Shown here: positions 27,418 through 32,000 of the stretch, in pieces | How the letters are laid out: every line of letters starts with the position of its first letter | Numbering within the stretch: position 1 is the stretch's first letter | Origin: Mycobacterium leprae TN | GTDB lineage: Bacteria; Actinomycetota; Actinomycetes; Mycobacteriales; Mycobacteriaceae | DNA length: 32,000 nt | Direction: 5' to 3' | NCBI RefSeq assembly: GCF_000195855.1 | Contig: NC_002677.1 | Span: 2,340,001-2,372,000 of the forward strand | Notes under the pieces: model-generated | What the model was told of the DNA's origin: nothing | The model's database searches: none | What the model saw: the letters and a program-made list of their open reading frames with translations, nothing else | Made by a program: the position numbers and the translations under genes

Positions 27418-27885
27418 ATGTCGAATCGGAAATTCTCATTCGAGGTGACCCGTACTAGTAGCGCTTCTGCCGCAGTCTTATTCCGACTTGTGACGGATGG
27501 CGCCAACTGGGCGAAGTGGGCCAAGCCGATAGTCCTTCAATCAAGTTGGGCACGCCTTGGTGATCTGAGACCAGGCGGCATCGGAGCAGTCCGCAAGATA
27601 GGGATATGGCCCATACTGGTACGCGAGGAGACCGTCGAATACGAGCAGGATCGTCGGCACCTCTACAAGCTGATCGGACCTCCGAACCCAGCCAAGGACT
27701 ACCTCGGCGAGGTACTTTTAGCGCCGAATGCAGCAGGTGGTACCAACATCCACTGGAGTGGTTCGTTTACCGAGAACATTCCTGGAACAGGGCCGGTGAT
27801 GCGGGCAGCGCTAAAGGGTGCGGTTCGGTGTTTAACGGTCCGGTTGGTAAAGACGGCTGAACGCGAGTCGGACGGTGTTCAGTAA
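27418..27885 (+). CDS. SRPBCC (polyketide cyclase/dehydrase-like) family protein, 155 aa
   Basis: ATG at 27418 preceded by a gggaga purine run; MSNRKFSFEVTRTSSASAAVLFRLVTDGANWAKWAKPIVLQSSWARLGD...GGIGAVRKIGIWPILVREETVEYEQ; uninterrupted. Confidence 0.7.
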   Translation: MSNRKFSFEVTRTSSASAAVLFRLVTDGANWAKWAKPIVLQSSWARLGDLRPGGIGAVRKIGIWPILVREETVEYEQDRRHLYKLIGPPNPAKDYLGEVLLAPNAAGGTNIHWSGSFTENIPGTGPVMRAALKGAVRCLTVRLVKTAERESDGVQ

Positions 27886-28100
27886 CTTTAATACCTTCAG
27901 GATCAAGGTTTTTCGTTTCGCTAGTCTTGGTAACCAAGATAAAAGGTCGTCACATTCGTTTGGCTCAGTCGCCGATCAAGCTCGTTGGGATCTGAGGGAA
28001 TTGCGCCAGCAGTGGTGCAACATTTGAGCAGTTACGTGCAGCCAACCTAGTACTGGTATTTCTTGGTCATGTGCTCGATGACCTGTAGCTACGATTGCGC

Positions 28101-29138
28101 TCAGTTATCCCGTGCCTGGTTGGCTCGCATAGCGGCATCACGTGCCGGTTGAGCCTGGCCCTGAAAGTGCGACATCATTTCAGTGGCGAACAACTCGACA
28201 GACCATTTGTATGCTGTCGATGGGCTGCGTGTGGGCCATCGACAGCATACAACCGAATCCGCCAGACTGTATCCTACAGCCGCTGTACCGACACAAGTAC
28301 CCGCCCCAGGGTACATGACAACGGTTACCCGATTAATTCATTATTGATGATGTCGATCACTTCGTCGAGCTAATCACCCGACATAGTCATCTGCGGGCAT
28401 GCAGTTACTATTCTGTAAGTGCCGAAACCACGCCTCGAAGCCGAATTTCACGTAGGCTCGAGCCTACTCATCCGTCTCGGCGATATGAAAAAGACTGACT
28501 AGAGGACCAGTTCGTGCTGTCGATTTTCGTCCCAAAAGCTGCGGCGCACTCTTCGACGACGCCCCAGTGGTAGGCGAGCACGTAGAAACTTTCAATTATC
28601 AATGTTGTTCTGATGGACAACAGACCGATACCGTGCTTGCCCGCCACCCGCATACCGGTCAGTGAGGCGACTACAGCAACCGGCCACTGGAATCCCGCCG
28701 CTGGAGTACGCAGCGAACTGCAGCTGAGCATCGAATAACTGATTGTGTGGCGGTCTTGGCAGTAACAGTTTCCCCGGCCAGGAGACCACACGAGAATGTC
28801 CCTTGGTTGGTTTCGAAAAATTCATGCTTATCAATGGAAGTTAACCCGATCCAGCAGTATCAACCGGTCGACTACCCAGAACTGGTTACGGTACACGAAC
28901 GAGATGACCCCAGTACCCAGGCCGGACCAGCTTGGCCCGTTGCTCAGCGGCAGCGATGAAGCCTCGGGTACACTAATGATCTCGCTACCGGCCGTGTGAT
29001 GCTCACCCGTAATACTTCGTCGAAGCCGATAGACGCAAGACGCTCTATGAACTCCAAGTCACATTGGAGCGCGAAAGTGGGATTTGTGCCCGCGCGGTGG
29101 AATGAGGCGATGAAATATTCAAACTCGAGCTTGGCCAC
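28101..29138 (-). pseudogene. Decayed LLM-class (luciferase-like) flavin-dependent monooxygenase
   Basis: AKLEFEYFIASFHRAGTNPTFALQCDLEFIERLASIGFDEV; EHHTAGSEIIS; GTGVISFVYRNQFWVVDRLILLDRV; DAQLQFAAYSSGGIPVA; AGKHGIGLLSIRTT; YHWGVVEECAAAFGTKIDSTNWS; GGFGCMLSMAH; LFATEMMSHFQGQ. Multiple frames. Confidence 0.88.
28207..28252. repeat. Perfect inverted repeat, 17 bp arms with 12 nt loop
   Basis: ttgtatgctgtcgatgg-gctgcgtgtggg-ccatcgacagcatacaa inside the LLM monooxygenase pseudogene. Confidence 0.98.
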
Positions 29139-29801
29139 TGCGGTCCCCCGCACTCTAAGTGACAAAACATAACCCCAACACAACGGCCAGACCAATGCAA
29201 CGGCTAGACTTTAGAGTCCGACAGCCGACCTCATGGTGTGCTCAGCCACGAGCAAACAGTTGCCGAGTGGGTATGCCTAACGATATCGACACATCGCACC
29301 CTTATGTACCAGCCGTCACACACGTTGGCAATGCGACCGACCGCCACCGACGCCAAGGGTGGTGCCCAGCCTCCGCCATTGGGGCCACCAGCTTCTGACG
29401 TTGTGGATGGTGTCGGCACAGCTCTAGAAGACAAAACGTCGCCGTAGTTGTTGGCGCTGTGGTGCTGCTTGACGCCTTATTACCGTCACCACCGCATCCA
29501 GAACCCCGCTACCAACCGAGCGTGACTACACTGGAAAGAAGTACGAACGCCATCATAGGCTGATGTGCCCACCAAACCCATTTCCGTTCCGCCTGCTTTT
29601 CCCACCCCCATAATGAACGTGAGCAAACGGATTGTGGGCTACTACAGAAGACAAGCAACTGGTATAGGCATTTTTCAAATCGAGGCGACCTAGTATCACT
29701 CACCTAGCACCGCTATCGCAAGTTCCAATACTCCAATATAATATTCAATATTTCTCCGATATTCCGCTTGGCCTTCCCCGACCGGCGGTCAGCGGTGTCC
29801 T

Positions 29802-32000
29802 TTACCCCTCCTTGGTGATCAACCGCCGCAGCGCGACGCGATCGGGGGTAAGCAGCTCAACAAGCCGCGGGTGGTTCACCTCAGCGACGATGATCTCGCC
29901 CACCTCCTGATAAACCTCGCTGAAGATGCCGTGAGATTTCATCTTGGAAGTCTGATAGAGATTATCCTCGGTTGGAGTGACGTAAATCACCGTGTCAGCC
30001 TTGAAGCGGTGCACCAGCCAGAAATGGATCAAGGTCATCAGTCGCTTCTGGCGAAGCTTTTCGGCGAAGGTGTTCTGGTCGCGCACTTGAAGGATGCTGC
30101 GGCCGCGGCGATCCTTGATCGGATCAACGATGACGTTGGCCAGCTGCTCGTCACCGTTGCCGTAGATCCCGAGTTCGAGCACATCCGAGCCGGCGCGGCG
30201 TGGCCGCAGTTGCACGCGGAGTTTCTCGCCAAGCTGGTAGTGCTCACTCCACAATGCCAGCCATTCCTCTAGCAGCTTCTTCGGCACCTCGGTCTGCACA
30301 AGATGCTGGTGCTGGGTCGAACCTTTGCCCATGGCCTTGGTTGTCGCCGTACGTCCGGAGGACGCAGCCAGCGCTGCATCGCTACGCGGGCCGCCGACCA
30401 GGGTCTGCGGTGTGCGGTAGGGCGATTCGACCAGGCGCATCTTGCGTTGCAACCGAGCCAACGCCAGCATGCCGTCCTGCCGCAGCGCGGTGGCGAACTC
30501 CTCGGCAGCGACGCCGTCGATCTGATGTCCGCCATAGGTAATGAAGTTGAAGACGAAGCCCATTTTCCCAAGCTCTTCGGGAAAGCGCTTCATCTCCTCA
30601 TCACTCATACCGGTGGTATCCCAGTTGAACGACGGCGAGAGATTGTAAGCCAGCATTTGCTCTGGGAACTCGGCGTGGATCGCCTCGGCGAACTGCCGGG
30701 CGTCGGCCAAATCAGCGGTCTTGGTCTCCATCCAAAGGATGTCGGCGAACGGCGCTGCCGCTAACGACTTGGCTATCGCATACTGAATACCGCCGCGGAT
30801 TTGGTAGTAGCCTTCTGGAGTCTTCGCCAGCTCGCAATCCCAACCGGGGTCGACACCCAATTCCTTGGCCTTTTCGCGTGCAGCGTACAGAGACGCCCGC
30901 CCAACAAATCGCCGCCACTCCTCGGGGCTCATGCCGATCAGCTCGCCTTCGCTCTCGCCGAATTGGAGCATTTCTTCCACGGCTTCGCCGTAGGTCATCA
31001 GCCCGGCGTCCTTCTCCCAAGCGGCCAATAACCGATATTCAACTTGTTCGAAGAGATCGTCGATCGATTGCTTTCCGTTTTCCTGCCAAGCATTGACGGT
31101 ACCGGAGACCTGGGCCAGAATCCCTTGGCGATCAAGCCACGCGCTCGCAGCAGCATATTCGCCATCGCCTAACGCGTAGAGGAGATGGCCATGGAGTTCC
31201 TTAACTCCCAGCTCGTAGAAACACCGCACCAACGCCAGGAAACAAGCCTTGTAAGAAGGAATCTTCAGATTGGTGGCGCCCAGCAAGAACGGCTGGTCTC
31301 GCTCATCGGCGCGACTGTCGATCAAGTTGGCCGCCTCGGCATCTGTACGCGCGACGATGATGCCGGGCACCCGCATAATGTCGAGCTGGAAGCGGGCGGC
31401 GTTGAGGCGCTTGATTTGTTCGTCCGAAGGCACTAGAACCTTCCCGCCCTGATGGCCACACTTCTTGGTACCCGGGCGCTGGTCCTCGATGTGGTATCCT
31501 GGAACGCCGATCTCAACAAATCGGCGGATCAGGTTGCGTACGTGCGAGTCACCGCCATGTCCCGTGTCGGCGTCGGCGATGATGAATGGGCGGTAGTCAT
31601 ACGCCGGAGTGGCGGCACGCTGCTGTTCAGTCATGTGTAACCGCAGGTACTGCTGATTGCGGTCAGCAGCCAGCAGGGCGCGCACCAGTACCGCGGCATC
31701 ATCTGGCACCTGGCTCAGGGGGTAGCTGGCGAGATCAGGACCGGGATCTTCGGTGATGGAACCCTTAGCTGAGGTTGCCCAGCCGCCTAGATAGATCGCC
31801 TCGATGCCCATCCGCTTAAGGCTGACTGCTTGCCCTGGCGAATAGGGGCCGAACGTCGTAACGCTCTTGCCGGCCGCGAATAGCTCGCGCAAGCGAGCGT
31901 AGAAAGCTGTCGCGGCGTCTCGTGCCACGGTGTAATCGGTGGGGATGGTGCCGCGTTGTTCTACGACCTGGCGGGCTGTATAAAGGCGAATAATCCCGGC
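29802..32000 (-). CDS. aceA: Long-form isocitrate lyase (Icl2/AceA), 5' end truncated by the window
   Basis: [33 protein letters not shown] and a long C-terminal domain. The frame stays open from the track start (GTG 31928) to the window edge as [24 protein letters not shown], so the track start is internal. Confidence 0.96.

Noticed and set aside
28224-28235. 28207-28252 hairpin as an intrinsic terminator
   Set aside because: No T-run follows on either strand and it lies inside the LLM monooxygenase pseudogene, not between genes.

Overview
This window is almost certainly Mycobacterium leprae chromosome. The evidence is an intact ribosomal-protein/rpoA cluster, extreme pseudogene density, and exact matches at 2846-2865 and 2955-2974 to the classic RLEP diagnostic PCR primers as I remember them, giving the expected 129 bp product. 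Left part (0-10.5 kb): intact glyA, coaA, an RLEP repeat, truA, rplQ, rpoA, rpsD, rpsK, rpsM, rpmJ, infA, rmlB, rmlC and an LpqH-like lipoprotein. Middle and right part (10.5-29.8 kb): mostly decayed DNA with only two convincing intact ORFs, an APC-family amino-acid permease and a small SRPBCC-like protein. Pseudogenes I could read through frameshifts: a multicopper oxidase, a SAM-dependent methyltransferase, a GH16 glucanase (Rv0315-like), an SDR, a CDF transporter, an alpha/beta hydrolase, a fatty-acyl-AMP ligase, an AtoE-like fatty-acid transporter and a luciferase-like monooxygenase. A 2383 bp element (13511-15893) has imperfect terminal inverted repeats and carries a degenerate group II intron-type reverse transcriptase/maturase with a candidate domain V. 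It matches the remembered size of the LEPREP family. The window ends inside a long-form isocitrate lyase (aceA/icl2). The most interesting observations are: (1) RLEP and the LEPREP-like element share a CTAG-GTGTTGTG-like end motif; (2) the RLEP terminus contains the truA stop codon; (3) two perfect hairpins (23 bp and 17 bp arms) in decaying genes look like inverted self-copying of conserved coding sequence. I found no convincing new defence or biosynthetic system.
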